A stretch of DNA of 43,933 nucleotides from a virus. Lineage: Duplodnaviria; Heunggongvirae; Uroviricota; Caudoviricetes. This document shows positions 29,448 through 38,451 of the stretch, piece after piece. Under the pieces are notes generated by a model. That model saw only the letters and a program-made list of their open reading frames with translations, was not told where the DNA came from and made no database searches. The DNA lies in IMG/VR virus record IMGVR_UViG_2711768014_000011; one strand, 5' to 3'. The stretch's first letter is position 1. Every line of letters starts with the position of its first letter. Made by a program: the position numbers and the translations under genes.

Positions 29448-29599
29448 GTAAATATATTGGTTCTACATTGACAGGAGACTTCAACCATAAGAAGTAATCT
29501 GAATACTTGAGCAATAAATTTACTTAAGATTAATGAGCGCACCTTGCCGGACAAAGATAAACCAAGGTAACACCTTTTTTCTAGCCAGTATGTAATCAA

Positions 29600-29818
29600 T
29601 CAGAAAGCCGCTCCATAAGAACAACAGCAAGACAATAAATTGCCATTACAGCCGCAATAGCCAGCGCACATTTGAGAACCAGCACGACAACCCCCTGTAT
29701 TAGACGCACACCAGTCCTGATAAATATGAGGCTGTCTCGTCAGTGATTCAATACAACTATTGGGTATAGTTTCTGTGATTTTATTCTGTAGAAATGGAAC
29801 ACAACAACCAGTCACCAC
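29600..29818 (-). CDS. Candidate cysteine-rich small protein (about 72 aa, 13 Cys)
   Basis: SD AAGGAA followed by tandem GTG codons at 29824/29818/29815; product ...VTGCCVPFLQNKITETIPNSCIESLTRQPHIYQDWCASNTGGCRAGSQMCAGYCGCNGNLLSCCCSYGAAF; directly downstream of the two-gene cassette on the same strand. Confidence 0.3.
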   Translation of the reverse strand: MVTGCCVPFLQNKITETIPNSCIESLTRQPHIYQDWCASNTGGCRAGSQMCAGYCGCNGNLLSCCCSYGAAF

Positions 29819-30001
29819 CAGCACTTCCTTAAATGCTCTAAGTCAGAAACAAGCCAACATTTTAGTCCGCTTTGAGCGATCTGCAGACATTGCTAGCAGC
29901 CTTCTGTGTGAATTCTCAGGGAGCAGGTCGGCATAGCATCACGTTGAGGCTCTTACCCTACTTGTTCACACCAACCCTAACTCCACAGACTGATTCATAA
30001 A

Positions 30002-31003
30002 TTAGTAATCTGCGTGTTTCGCACTTTTCAGAAATGCTTTCATATTTTCATTAGGTCGCTCAATTTCGAAGTTACTTCCATATAACTCTTGTAATTTTGG
30101 CCATAACTTACTTAATAACCCTCTCCTGCGATAAAATGGATGTATCCAAACGGTAGATAGGTACGGAGAATTTGCATTTGAATTGTTTATTGTGACCAGC
30201 CCAACTAAACATTGTCGATAACCACTATTATCCATTGATTGTATTTCTTCGACGAATGGATACGCGATTACATCAGTCCAACCATGATCGGTTGTATCCC
30301 ATTGCATTCCGTCATGACATTCCTTCGACTGATAGCGGCGTAAAGCTACACACGCGAGCTTTTGCCAATCTGGAGAATTAATTGTGATCTCTTCATCGTA
30401 TGACGCGCCTATTGGAGCGGGTATTGGTCTGATTAATCCAGCATGGCATTCATCATAGAACTTCATGTTTCCCTCAGAAACGTTGTGTACGTTGGGTTGC
30501 TCCATGTGTGCGCCATTCAAAAATAGCTCTGATAGTAGTGTATCTACACTGTAATCTTTATTGATTATTGTCGGCTTAGAGTTTTTCTTATTAAGGCCGC
30601 GAGTAACGATTTTTTGATCAATGTTAACAACATGGAATAATCCGTCGGGGAGGCTAGCGAACCACGATGGGGCATCGGACCAGAATAGCATGCCTTTTGT
30701 ACTTCTTAAGAGTTTAATTAAGTTAATACAAGCTTCTTCACTAGTCTTGCCGTTGATGCGAAGTATGTTAGGACTAAAGTAATATTCATCCATATCAGGG
30801 AATGCAGCTTCGCAAAACTCCTGTACATAATTTAGCACCTGGATTCTACAGAGATCATCATAGCTGGTAATAACTAAGGGGGTATCTTCATTACTATTAT
30901 GATTATCAATAATGCAATCTATAGCGAGACTTACTGCTTTGCGTATCACTTCAGTTGAATCTAACGACTCTAAAAATTTTGTCTTTCGTGTGCGAATATC
31001 CAT
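30002..31003 (-). CDS. Cargo cassette protein B: unknown function, C-terminal GNAT-acetyltransferase-like motif
   Basis: 333 aa; AT-rich; start 15 nt after protein A's stop; C-terminal LVGLVTI...YLSTVWIHPFYRRRGLLSKLW resembles GNAT motif A (V-x-P-x-Y-R-x-x-G). Confidence 0.75.
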   Translation of the reverse strand: MDIRTRKTKFLESLDSTEVIRKAVSLAIDCIIDNHNSNEDTPLVITSYDDLCRIQVLNYVQEFCEAAFPDMDEYYFSPNILRINGKTSEEACINLIKLLRSTKGMLFWSDAPSWFASLPDGLFHVVNIDQKIVTRGLNKKNSKPTIINKDYSVDTLLSELFLNGAHMEQPNVHNVSEGNMKFYDECHAGLIRPIPAPIGASYDEEITINSPDWQKLACVALRRYQSKECHDGMQWDTTDHGWTDVIAYPFVEEIQSMDNSGYRQCLVGLVTINNSNANSPYLSTVWIHPFYRRRGLLSKLWPKLQELYGSNFEIERPNENMKAFLKSAKHADY

Positions 31004-31018
31004 GTATGACCTGCGCTA

Positions 31019-32041
31019 TTAAAATTCATGAATGAACGGTTTGTCATCTGGTTGCAAAATGGTGGTTTTATTCGTTGCTACATTTAAACTGTTGTAGAGC
31101 ATAATTGCCAGGTTCGATGCATTTTCAATCAGCGTTTCAAGATCCTGGTCTGTAATCACTACGAGGTTCCCTTCTTTATCCTTTCCACCACGATGCACTA
31201 AGTGATTTCGATTGAGGGTTGCCAATTCAATAGCTTCTATCGGACAGTCTTTTTGTACTTTTATATCGAATGTAGCTTCATAGCGGTCGATTACCTTTTT
31301 AGTGCTATGCCAGCTTGCACTGATCAAGTGTTCCTTGATTGACCTGATTAGCTCTCCCCTAATTTTCTCGATGGGTTCACCCTTGAAAGGCAACGCAGCA
31401 ATATCTTTGCTTACTTTAAATTCAGTCTTACCTTTTTCTATACAATTGGCTATGTAGACATCATCTTTCTCTATAGAATTAATGAATAGCTCAACATAAA
31501 GCGTTTCCAAAGCTGTAATAACATTCGTGTAGAGCAAACTAAGCAAGTGGTTTTTTTGCTGTTGTTCAGTTTTATCTTTTGCAAGTTTTTTTATTTTATC
31601 GATATTATCAATGAATTTTAAATACGGATTACCGGAAGACGTTACAGCGTCGTAGATATCATCATCGTACCAATCATCTATATTATTTGAGTTTCCAGAC
31701 CAGTCAAAACATTGTGTTTGTAATTCATCTACTAATTCCTCAATATACTCAGATTTAACATATTGACCGAAGATGGATTGTAGTTCTTCGCTCGCATCAT
31801 ACGGCCCGCCATATATGTAAGCATAGCCACCTTCTCTACTTTCATACGGACAAGCATTTGCCGGATCTTCAAAGTTTTCAAAGAACCAGTTTTTCATTAC
31901 TTCGAGTTGATCTTTTTTGCTTATGTATTTTAAAGATTTTAGTGGAACTTTCTTTCCATTAACCTCGAAAACAATTTTCACGATGTAACGCTCCCTTGTA
32001 TCAATTGCGCAACTATTATACCACAGCGAAATACAGGGCAT
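31019..32041 (-). CDS. Cargo cassette protein A: unknown function, C-terminal HEPN-like Rx4H motif
   Basis: 340 aa from ATG 32041 (SD AAGGAGG 6 nt upstream); alternative GTG start at 31981 behind an extended -10; AT-rich; C-terminal ELATLNRNHLVHRGG contains R-N-x3-H. Confidence 0.75.
   Translation of the reverse strand: MPCISLWYNSCAIDTRERYIVKIVFEVNGKKVPLKSLKYISKKDQLEVMKNWFFENFEDPANACPYESREGGYAYIYGGPYDASEELQSIFGQYVKSEYIEELVDELQTQCFDWSGNSNNIDDWYDDDIYDAVTSSGNPYLKFIDNIDKIKKLAKDKTEQQQKNHLLSLLYTNVITALETLYVELFINSIEKDDVYIANCIEKGKTEFKVSKDIAALPFKGEPIEKIRGELIRSIKEHLISASWHSTKKVIDRYEATFDIKVQKDCPIEAIELATLNRNHLVHRGGKDKEGNLVVITDQDLETLIENASNLAIMLYNSLNVATNKTTILQPDDKPFIHEF
32015..32023 (-). promoter_or_regulatory. 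Candidate extended -10 (TGGTATAAT) inside the 5' end of the cassette A ORF
   Basis: Minus-strand TGGTATAAT lies 34 nt upstream of GTG 31981, which has SD AAGGGAG; a TTGACA hexamer also occurs at 32137-32142 in the upstream gap but without a matching -10. Confidence 0.3.
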
Positions 32042-32179
32042 AACCTGCCTCCTTAAACTAACATACCATGAGCCAGCAATGTCCGCTATTGGCACAAAGC
32101 GGACAACCACGCTAGCTCTCCCCTGTGCCAGAAAAATGTCAATTTACATATGAACTAATGCTCTTTGATCTAGTAACGT

Positions 32180-32596
32180 CTATAAATACCGAAGATTTCC
32201 TTGATAAAATGCCAGTACACGTTTCATAACTTCACTCTTCCGGCACTCGCGACAGATTATGTTCTGACGCCTGTCATAGCGGCGTATTTCTCCGTCTGGT
32301 AATGACCAGATAAGGTCAGGATCAACCACAACCGTTTTTTTCACCTTTGCCCTGGATAGTTTTTTGCGGGCGTTTTTCCAATCCTTACGAGCCTGTTCAG
32401 ACGGGAATAACCCATAGCCAGAGTTGTATACATCGCCACTGGCAACCAACTCTCTGGCAAGAATGCTCATCAGATATCTTGTCGCACCTGTCTTGGCCTC
32501 CAGTTGCCTTAACGTCTCGCGCCCACTCTGGCGTACCAACTCAACAACCTGCTCCTTAATTTTTTCACGCTCTTCCTGTGTAAAAACTTTTGCCAT
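32180..32596 (-). CDS. Hypothetical phage protein (138 aa)
   Basis: ATG 32596 with SD GGAGG 6 nt upstream; phage-backbone GC; basic C-terminal region with CRECRK. Confidence 0.6.
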   Translation of the reverse strand: MAKVFTQEEREKIKEQVVELVRQSGRETLRQLEAKTGATRYLMSILARELVASGDVYNSGYGLFPSEQARKDWKNARKKLSRAKVKKTVVVDPDLIWSLPDGEIRRYDRRQNIICRECRKSEVMKRVLAFYQGNLRYL

Positions 32597-32611
32597 AAGC
32601 GCCTCCGGCAA

Positions 32612-33373
32612 TCACTTTTCCGACACAATACGACTGGAGGAATCGACAATCTGTCGGACAATATCCCGGTGCTTGTTCAGCTCCCGCAGCGCGGCGCAGA
32701 CTCGCTCCCACTTCTGGACATGATTTTTCGCCCGACGCAGTTCGCGGTTTGCCATATGCAGCGATGGTAAAACTAGGTCATCCGCTTGCGTTTCAGTAAA
32801 CGATGGCAGCGACTGCACAATGTCCGCCACAGTTTCTGTTTTAATATCTTCCTGTGTTGCCGCTTCCTGTACTGGTAACGCAACACCGGCTGGCTGAGGA
32901 AAGGCTTTACCATCAGTTTCCGCTACCGATGCAGCTTTCGGCTCTGCTGGTAAATTATCGCCCGGCATGCAGTAACGAAATTTACTGTTCTGGTTTACGC
33001 GAATCAGGCGTCCTTTGCTGATTGCCATTGCCAGCGTTGAAGCAACTTTGCGGGATGTTGTACCGAACAGCGTAGCCAGTTCATCCGCCGTTTGTGGTCC
33101 GCGTTGTTCAATCGTCGCGGTTAAATCGCACTCTGAGATTTTCACTACAGTTGCCGTGGTGGTTTCTTCCGGCAGTTCTGCCTGCATTGGCTGTTCCTGC
33201 TGAACGTTGTTATCAGCCACACGCCAGGTGTACGCGCTTTTATCAACGAAACCAGCTTTTTTCAGTTCCCATAGTTCGTTCAGCACTTCTTCACGACTGA
33301 TATCAAGTCGCGCAGCAAGTTCTATGGATGTGGCTTTTCCCATTGCTTTCAGTGCGTCAAAAACAGTCTCCAT
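32612..33373 (-). CDS. Hypothetical phage protein with N-terminal winged-helix-like segments (253 aa)
   Basis: ATG 33373 with SD GGGAGG 8 nt upstream; [46 protein letters not shown] looks like an HTH/winged helix; lies downstream of ydaV at the position of K-12 ydaW. Confidence 0.6.
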   Translation of the reverse strand: METVFDALKAMGKATSIELAARLDISREEVLNELWELKKAGFVDKSAYTWRVADNNVQQEQPMQAELPEETTTATVVKISECDLTATIEQRGPQTADELATLFGTTSRKVASTLAMAISKGRLIRVNQNSKFRYCMPGDNLPAEPKAASVAETDGKAFPQPAGVALPVQEAATQEDIKTETVADIVQSLPSFTETQADDLVLPSLHMANRELRRAKNHVQKWERVCAALRELNKHRDIVRQIVDSSSRIVSEK

Positions 33374-33395
33374 AAAAATTTCCTCCCGGTAAAAA

Positions 33396-34138
33396 TTACT
33401 TCTCAATTCCTGGCTGGACGACATTCGGACGCCAGCTCTCCCAGTTAAAATTCACCCATCGCCCGNNNNNNNNNNNNNNNNNNNNNNNNNNNNNNNNNNN
33501 NNNNNNNNNNNNNNNNNNNNNNNNNNNNNNNNNNNNNNNNNNNNNNNNNNNNNNNNNNNNNNNNNNNNNNNNNNNNNNNNNNNNNNNNNNNNNNNNNNNN
33601 NNNNNNNNNNNNNNNNNNNNNNNNNNNNNNNNNNNNNNNNNNNNNNNNNNNNNNNNNNNNNNNNNNNNNNNNNNNNNNNNNNNNNNNNNNNNNNNNNNNN
33701 NNNNNNNNNNNNNNNNNNNNNNNNNNNNNNNNNNNNNNNNNNNNNNNNNNNNNNNNNNNNNNNNNNNNNNNNNNNGATAGCTGCCGCTAAGTGGTTCTTC
33801 CCGGTACCAGGTTTTCCGCTGAACGCAAAATTTGTACACCCGGTCATCAGTTCATCAGCGATGGATTTCGCCTGACTCAACGCGTATCGCTGCGCTTCGT
33901 TCTGCACCTGGTAATTCGAAAACGAGCATTTGCGGTGCAATGGCTGGATGCCAGAGCGATTCAGAATTTTTTCCACCCGCAACTGACGATTCTGACGGTT
34001 GATCTCCTCACAACGTTTCTGGCCTTCGGAAAGTTGCCACTCGCGCCACTCCGCTACCGTCTTGAATGGCGCGGTTACATGTGACGGGGCCAGTCTGCGG
34101 ATACGTTCAAGAACGTCGCCTGTCGCAATATTTTTCAT
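33396..34138 (-). CDS. ydaV: DnaC-like replication ATPase YdaV (helicase loader); N block 33466-33775 inside, 3' end frame uncertain
   Basis: N-terminal 121 aa visible with Walker [17 protein letters not shown]; size with the masked block is about 246 aa, close to K-12 YdaV. Confidence 0.7.
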
Positions 34139-34144
34139 GGTCAG

Positions 34145-35002
34145 TTACCCCCTGAAGCCTGGCGGGATCGCACTATCCGGTAACGAGACGGTGTTAACCT
34201 GTCGGAGTAACGTCTCAGGTCGAACACCTTTCGGCGCGAACAAGCCCTGGTATTCATTGGCGATGCTGTGTCGAATCACCTGCTCAGGTGAAAAACCCTG
34301 CTGGCGGAATTTTTCCAGCTCCCGTATCGCCCCGTTAGCGCCCTGCTCCGTTCGAATCGGTTTTCGCAATGCCTGGCGAAATTCAACCCACTCACGCCAA
34401 AGCGAGACAGAAATCCAGTTCGGCAAAGCAATATCCAGAGGGTCAAACTTTTTGACACCTCGATTCCCCCGGGGGGGATTTAGGGGGGGATCTGTTTTTA
34501 GATCTTTATCTGTATCTTTATTAGTTGCCTTTGTGTTGACATCATGTTCAAACACCACTTCAACATCTGTTTGAACACCTGTTAAATTTCTCTCTTGTTT
34601 TGTTTGAACATCTGCTTCCTTTCTGCTTCTTCTGGCCTGAACAGATGCTTTTCCTGCGGCTGATTTTTTGGTTAATTTTTCCCTGACTGATGCCAGATCT
34701 TCCTCAATCCGAAGATGCACCCATTCCTCGCCGTTATCGCAAAAAAACTCCTGCAAGGATGGTTCAACATCAGCCCATCGCTCGTTAGTCAGACGGGCAA
34801 TTTTTGCCAGCCTGTTTTTAGGTATTGGCTTTCCTGTTTGCCAGTAATTGAACATCAGCAACAAATACGCACCATGCTCCTCTGCTGACAAATGCATGGT
34901 GTCAGCCAGGTAATCAGCTATGTACAGTTGCATGTATGGTAATGCGGCCATAATTGCCCCGTATGATGCTGCCCGGTGGCTTAGAATAAGCACAAACAGC
35001 AT
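34145..35002 (-). CDS. ydaU: Replication-module protein YdaU
   Basis: 285-aa ORF directly upstream of the DnaC-like gene; length equals recalled K-12 YdaU. Confidence 0.75.
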   Translation of the reverse strand: MLFVLILSHRAASYGAIMAALPYMQLYIADYLADTMHLSAEEHGAYLLLMFNYWQTGKPIPKNRLAKIARLTNERWADVEPSLQEFFCDNGEEWVHLRIEEDLASVREKLTKKSAAGKASVQARRSRKEADVQTKQERNLTGVQTDVEVVFEHDVNTKATNKDTDKDLKTDPPLNPPRGNRGVKKFDPLDIALPNWISVSLWREWVEFRQALRKPIRTEQGANGAIRELEKFRQQGFSPEQVIRHSIANEYQGLFAPKGVRPETLLRQVNTVSLPDSAIPPGFRG

Positions 35003-35014
35003 GGAAACTTTTGC

Positions 35015-35437
35015 TTAATGAACAATGACAGAATCGTCGGAAGACCCGCCGCCGCTGAAATGCGCTTTCCGGTAAACGGCTTGGACTGCATCATCATGCG
35101 CATCAATTGCCGTACTTAACGCTTCCTGCGCCGCCAGTAATGCACGGCGTTCCAGGGTATCGAAGATGCAGAGTCGGTGACGCAGCTCGCGCGGAAGGAT
35201 TGCCAGAATTGCTGGGATCAGCTTCTGAATTTTTTCTCTTTGCGTTTTCGTTTCACCTTTCAACCAACGGTGATAGATATTCTGCTGATTATTCCAGTCC
35301 TTGCCTGGTACCAGGGGCAATTCGCCGCCCCCCTGGCGCAGATATTCTTCAGTAATGGCATTGGCTACCCATGCCTGCCCTTTTTCGGCTGCCAGGGCTA
35401 ACAACACTGACTCGATGTGCTCATGCTTGATTTTCAT
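35015..35437 (-). CDS. ydaT: YdaT (toxic partner of the ydaS-ydaT operon repressed by RacR)
   Basis: 140 aa as in K-12; directly downstream of the cro-like ydaS with a 4-nt overlap. Confidence 0.8.
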   Translation of the reverse strand: MKIKHEHIESVLLALAAEKGQAWVANAITEEYLRQGGGELPLVPGKDWNNQQNIYHRWLKGETKTQREKIQKLIPAILAILPRELRHRLCIFDTLERRALLAAQEALSTAIDAHDDAVQAVYRKAHFSGGGSSDDSVIVH

Positions 35438-35688
35438 GAATCAACTCCCATCAGCTTTTTCGTAGTAGTTTTATTTCTGCCAATAGTTAAAATTACATCA
35501 GCAGAAAATAATCCGTTTGATGCATGAGCGATTTTTTCAGCGTAATTTGTTTCGCCGGTATATTCTGTGCGAGGCAATTTTCCGTTATCCATCCATTTGT
35601 AGATTGCTCTTTGGCTGACACCACAAACGTCGGCCACAACAGAAACGCGAACAGTTTTGATTACATCTTCAAGTGTTTTCTGGTTCAT
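35434..35688 (-). CDS. ydaS: Cro-like HTH protein YdaS
   Basis: MNQKTLEDVIKTVRVSVVADVCGVSQRAIYKWMDNGKLPRTEY is an HTH; divergent from racR across a 61-bp intergenic region; a GTG start further upstream is possible. Confidence 0.8.
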   Translation of the reverse strand: MNQKTLEDVIKTVRVSVVADVCGVSQRAIYKWMDNGKLPRTEYTGETNYAEKIAHASNGLFSADVILTIGRNKTTTKKLMGVDS

Positions 35689-35749
35689 ATCACCCTCACA
35701 ATGTGAACTTTGAGTACATGCTATAACAGAACTGACAGTACATTCAAGA
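35689..35749. promoter_or_regulatory. Divergent immunity promoter/operator region (OR-like) between ydaS and racR
   Basis: 61-bp gap between divergent starts; direct repeats of AGTACAT at 35713-35719 and 35737-35743; TGAACTT repeated at 35704 and 35761. Confidence 0.4.
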
Positions 35750-36187
35750 GTGAATATCATTGAACTTATGGTTCATGAAGATAAAGCGCGTAAAGAGTTC
35801 GCCAGTAGGCTTGCGCTAGCCTGTGAAAACGCTGGTTATGAACAACATGGAAGGCAGGCAGAAATTGCCCGTCGAATGAAATTAACACCAAAAGCGGTTA
35901 GCAAATGGTTTAATGGCGAAACAATTCCTCGCCGAGAGAAATTAAGGGAATTAGCAACACTCATTGGAACAACACCAACCTATCTTTTGGGAGAGGATAC
36001 AGAAGAAAGTGGACAGGTACGTTTCTATCAGGAGTTAAATCCAAGACAAAAAATCATCATTGACCTTCTGGACGAGCTCCCTGACAGTGAGACAGATGAA
36101 CTTTTAAAAACTCTTGAGGAGAAAAAACAGAAGTACAATGCAATTTACGAAGAGCTAGCACGAAAGAAAAAACAAAAAGCCTCTTAA
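35750..36187 (+). CDS. racR: Prophage repressor RacR (CI-like)
   Basis: GTG start at 35750 (ATG alternative at 35768); HTH QAEIARRMKLTPKAVSKWFNG; divergent from ydaS-ydaT as in K-12 Rac. Confidence 0.85.
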   Translation: MNIIELMVHEDKARKEFASRLALACENAGYEQHGRQAEIARRMKLTPKAVSKWFNGETIPRREKLRELATLIGTTPTYLLGEDTEESGQVRFYQELNPRQKIIIDLLDELPDSETDELLKTLEEKKQKYNAIYEELARKKKQKAS

Positions 36188-36260
36188 ACCAGCATAAATC
36201 CGGTAGCGTCCCCCTCCGGGTTTGTGCTTCACTTTATCCCATCTCATTTTTTTACACACA

Positions 36261-36310
36261 AAATGTACTTATAGTACTTTACATCAATGAACACAAAGTA
36301 CATTATATAC
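36261..36310. promoter_or_regulatory. OL-like operator/promoter region for the early-left operon
   Basis: ATGTACT (36263-36269), AGTACTT (36273-36279) and AGTACAT (36297-36303) repeat the motif seen between racR and ydaS; TTTACA and TATATA-like hexamers are nearby. Confidence 0.3.
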
Positions 36311-36477
36311 CTACCAACCCACCCCGCCCCACAGAACGCAGGGCAATACTTCGAGTTACCAGGCAGTGGTCAGGGGTTAAGTAGCCAGCCCGAGGCGTAT
36401 GAACATGACGGCAGGGTTCAGATTTTGCAGTGCAGCAGGTTTCAGTTCCGCCACCCGGCGTTAAGGGGAGAGATAAG

Positions 36478-36612
36478 ATGGTGCATTACGAAGTAGTTCA
36501 GTATTTGATGGATTGTTGCGGTATCACTTACAACCAGGCTGTGCAGGCTTTACGCAGCAACGACTGGGATCTCTGGCAGGCAGAAGTCGCTATACACAGC
36601 AACAAGATGTGA
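36478..36612 (+). CDS. ydaG: Small protein YdaG (44 aa)
   Basis: ATG 36478 with SD AAGGGGAGAG; MVHYEVVQYLMDCCGITYNQAVQALRSNDWDLWQAEVAIHSNKM; first gene after the OL-like region. Confidence 0.6.
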   Translation: MVHYEVVQYLMDCCGITYNQAVQALRSNDWDLWQAEVAIHSNKM

Positions 36613-36622
36613 GATTCGCAAA

Positions 36623-36778
36623 ATGCAAAAAATCGACCTCGGCAACAACGAATCCCTGGTGTGCGGCGTGTTCCCCAACCAGGATGGAACGTTCACTGCC
36701 ATGACGTATACCAAAAGCAAAACATTTAAAACCGAAACTGGTGCGCGCCGATGGTTGGAGAAGCACACAGTAAGCTAA
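36623..36778 (+). CDS. ydaF: Small protein YdaF (51 aa)
   Basis: MQKIDLGNNESLVCGVFPNQDGTFTAMTYTKSKTFKTETGARRWLEKHTVS; below the ORF-track cutoff; converges on the sieB stop. Confidence 0.6.
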   Translation: MQKIDLGNNESLVCGVFPNQDGTFTAMTYTKSKTFKTETGARRWLEKHTVS

Positions 36779-37263
36779 CGATTAAAACGTCTACTCCTGC
36801 TGTTCCAGAATAACTTCATAAAATGGGAGTATTTTTCGGTGACGAGATAATAAGAACAGTTTGCGCTATCACTCTGATGTTGAATGATGCCCTTCCGTTC
36901 TAATTTTTTCATAACCGGGTTACGGCAAGGAGAAGTGATAATAAGATTTCCTGTTTTAAGGAAATCTTTAAATACAGCGATTTCTTTCTCAGATAAACGA
37001 AGCAATACTCGTTGCTCTGGTAGTAATGAATAATGCTTTTGAATATGTGCTCGCAATCTTGAGAAGGAAATGGCGACCACGAAAGAAAAGGCAAAAACGA
37101 TAATCTGAAAGAGCCAAGGTATTTCAGTATAAGCATTGAATGCGACAGTAAACTCTTTCGGTATCAGCCAGAGAGTGAGACCAAAAATGATAATCGTATA
37201 CATAAGTATTTCGAGTGGCTCGTTAGCAAAAAGTTTCAACAATGGAGTAAATACATCCAACAT
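36775..37263 (-). CDS. sieB: Superinfection exclusion protein SieB
   Basis: 162 aa from MLDVFTPLLKLFANEPLEILMYTIIIFGLTLWLIPKEF; matches recalled K-12 SieB; AT-rich; opposed to the early-left operon. The track start at 37386 is an upstream extension. Confidence 0.9.
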   Translation of the reverse strand: MLDVFTPLLKLFANEPLEILMYTIIIFGLTLWLIPKEFTVAFNAYTEIPWLFQIIVFAFSFVVAISFSRLRAHIQKHYSLLPEQRVLLRLSEKEIAVFKDFLKTGNLIITSPCRNPVMKKLERKGIIQHQSDSANCSYYLVTEKYSHFMKLFWNSRSRRFNR

Positions 37264-37704
37264 ATCAATAACTCTCAACTGTAAGGGTATTGAAATGTTA
37301 ACACAAGCTCTCGCTGTAGGGGTATAGCCGAGACCACCGAAGCCCGGAGGTGGTGAAATAAAACCGGGCACAACACGAAGGCGCATTTCCGATATCCATA
37401 AAGAGTCGGTCTTGTCTGTTAAATTTAAATGGTGGGAGTGCGCCTCCGGTTGTAAATAACGACATTGCTGTGTGTAGTCCTGGCGGCATCAGTTTTTTTC
37501 TTGAAGTTCGGCTGATGTCCGCCCTTTTTAAAGTGAATTTTGTGATGCGGTGAATGCGGCTAAGCGCACGTGGCACAGTTAAAAGTCATGTTAGTCCTTA
37601 TTGGTTTGGGTGGGAAAGCCGACTGTAATTGTTAACTGGTTGCAGTCACCTGGAGGCACCAGGCACCGCATCAACAAAGTTCATTTGTAAAAATGGAGAT
37701 AATT

Positions 37705-37926
37705 ATGATTGCACATCACTTCGGAACTGATGAAATACCACGTCAGTGTGTGACTCCTGGCGATTATGTTCTTCATGAAGGCCGGACATATATTGCCTCG
37801 GCAAACAATATTAAAAAGCGAAAACTATATATTCGTAACCTGACCACAAAAACATGCATTACTGACCGCATGATTAAAGTCTTCCTCGGTCGTGATGGTT
37901 TACCTGTAAAGGCGGAGTCATGGTGA
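37705..37926 (+). CDS. kilR: Cell-division (FtsZ) inhibitor KilR
   Basis: 73 aa [73 protein letters not shown]; SD GGAG 6 nt upstream. Confidence 0.9.
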   Translation: MIAHHFGTDEIPRQCVTPGDYVLHEGRTYIASANNIKKRKLYIRNLTTKTCITDRMIKVFLGRDGLPVKAESW

Positions 37927-38096
37927 TGACTAAGAAAATAAAATGTGCTTACCACCTTTGCAAAAAAGACGTTGAAGAAAGCAAAGCTATTGAAAGAATG
38001 CTTCACTTCATGCACGGGATTTTATCAAAAGACGAACCGAGAAAATATTGCAGTGAAGCTTGTGCCGAAAAAGACCAGATGGCACATGAACTTTAA
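37926..38096 (+). CDS. ydaE: Small cysteine-rich protein YdaE (56 aa)
   Basis: ATG overlaps the kilR stop (TGATG); [56 protein letters not shown]. Confidence 0.7.
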   Translation: MTKKIKCAYHLCKKDVEESKAIERMLHFMHGILSKDEPRKYCSEACAEKDQMAHEL

Positions 38097-38170
38097 TTAA
38101 TTGACTATTCGAAACTGAATTTATGCCAGAAATGGCAGGTATTCGCTCAACCTTAATTAAGGAGAAAAAC

Positions 38171-38446
38171 ATGATTACCAATTATGAAGCCACTGTTGTA
38201 ACTACCGATGACATTGTTCACGAGGTGAATCTGGAAGGAAAGCGCATTGGCTACGTAATTAAAACAGAAAATAAAGAAACCCCATTCACTGTGGTTGATA
38301 TCGATGGTCCATCAGGCAACGTAAAAACACTTGATGAAGGTGTCAAAAAAATGTGCCTGGTGCATATCGGAAAGAATCTGCCCGCAGAAAAAAAAGCCGA
38401 ATTTCTGGCAACTCTAATTGCAATGAAATTAAAAGGTGAAATCTGA
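38171..38446 (+). CDS. racC: RacC
   Basis: 91 aa MITNYEATVVTTDDIVHEVNLEGKRIGYVIKTENKETPFTVVDIDGPSGNVKTLDEGVKKMCLVHIGKNLPAEKKAEFLATLIAMKLKGEI; SD AAGGAG. Confidence 0.85.
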   Translation: MITNYEATVVTTDDIVHEVNLEGKRIGYVIKTENKETPFTVVDIDGPSGNVKTLDEGVKKMCLVHIGKNLPAEKKAEFLATLIAMKLKGEI

Positions 38447-38451
38447 AAGAA

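Noticed and set aside
1966-33775. Five N runs (1966-2263, 3248-3544, 4328-4569, 23947-24212, 33466-33775)
   Set aside because: These are masked or unresolved sequence, not biology. Reading frames of J, I, K, the endolysin and ydaV resume on the far side, so the blocks look roughly length-faithful, but their content cannot be assessed.
36287-36496. 69-aa plus-strand ORF downstream of racR
   Set aside because: It covers the OL-like operator/promoter region and overlaps the ydaG start in another frame; no RBS; probably non-coding.
37298-37576. 92-aa minus-strand ORF between sieB and kilR, and the upstream extension of sieB to 37386
   Set aside because: SieB matches the K-12 protein from Met at 37263; the extension and the 92-aa ORF lack RBSs and fall in the divergent sieB/kilR promoter region.
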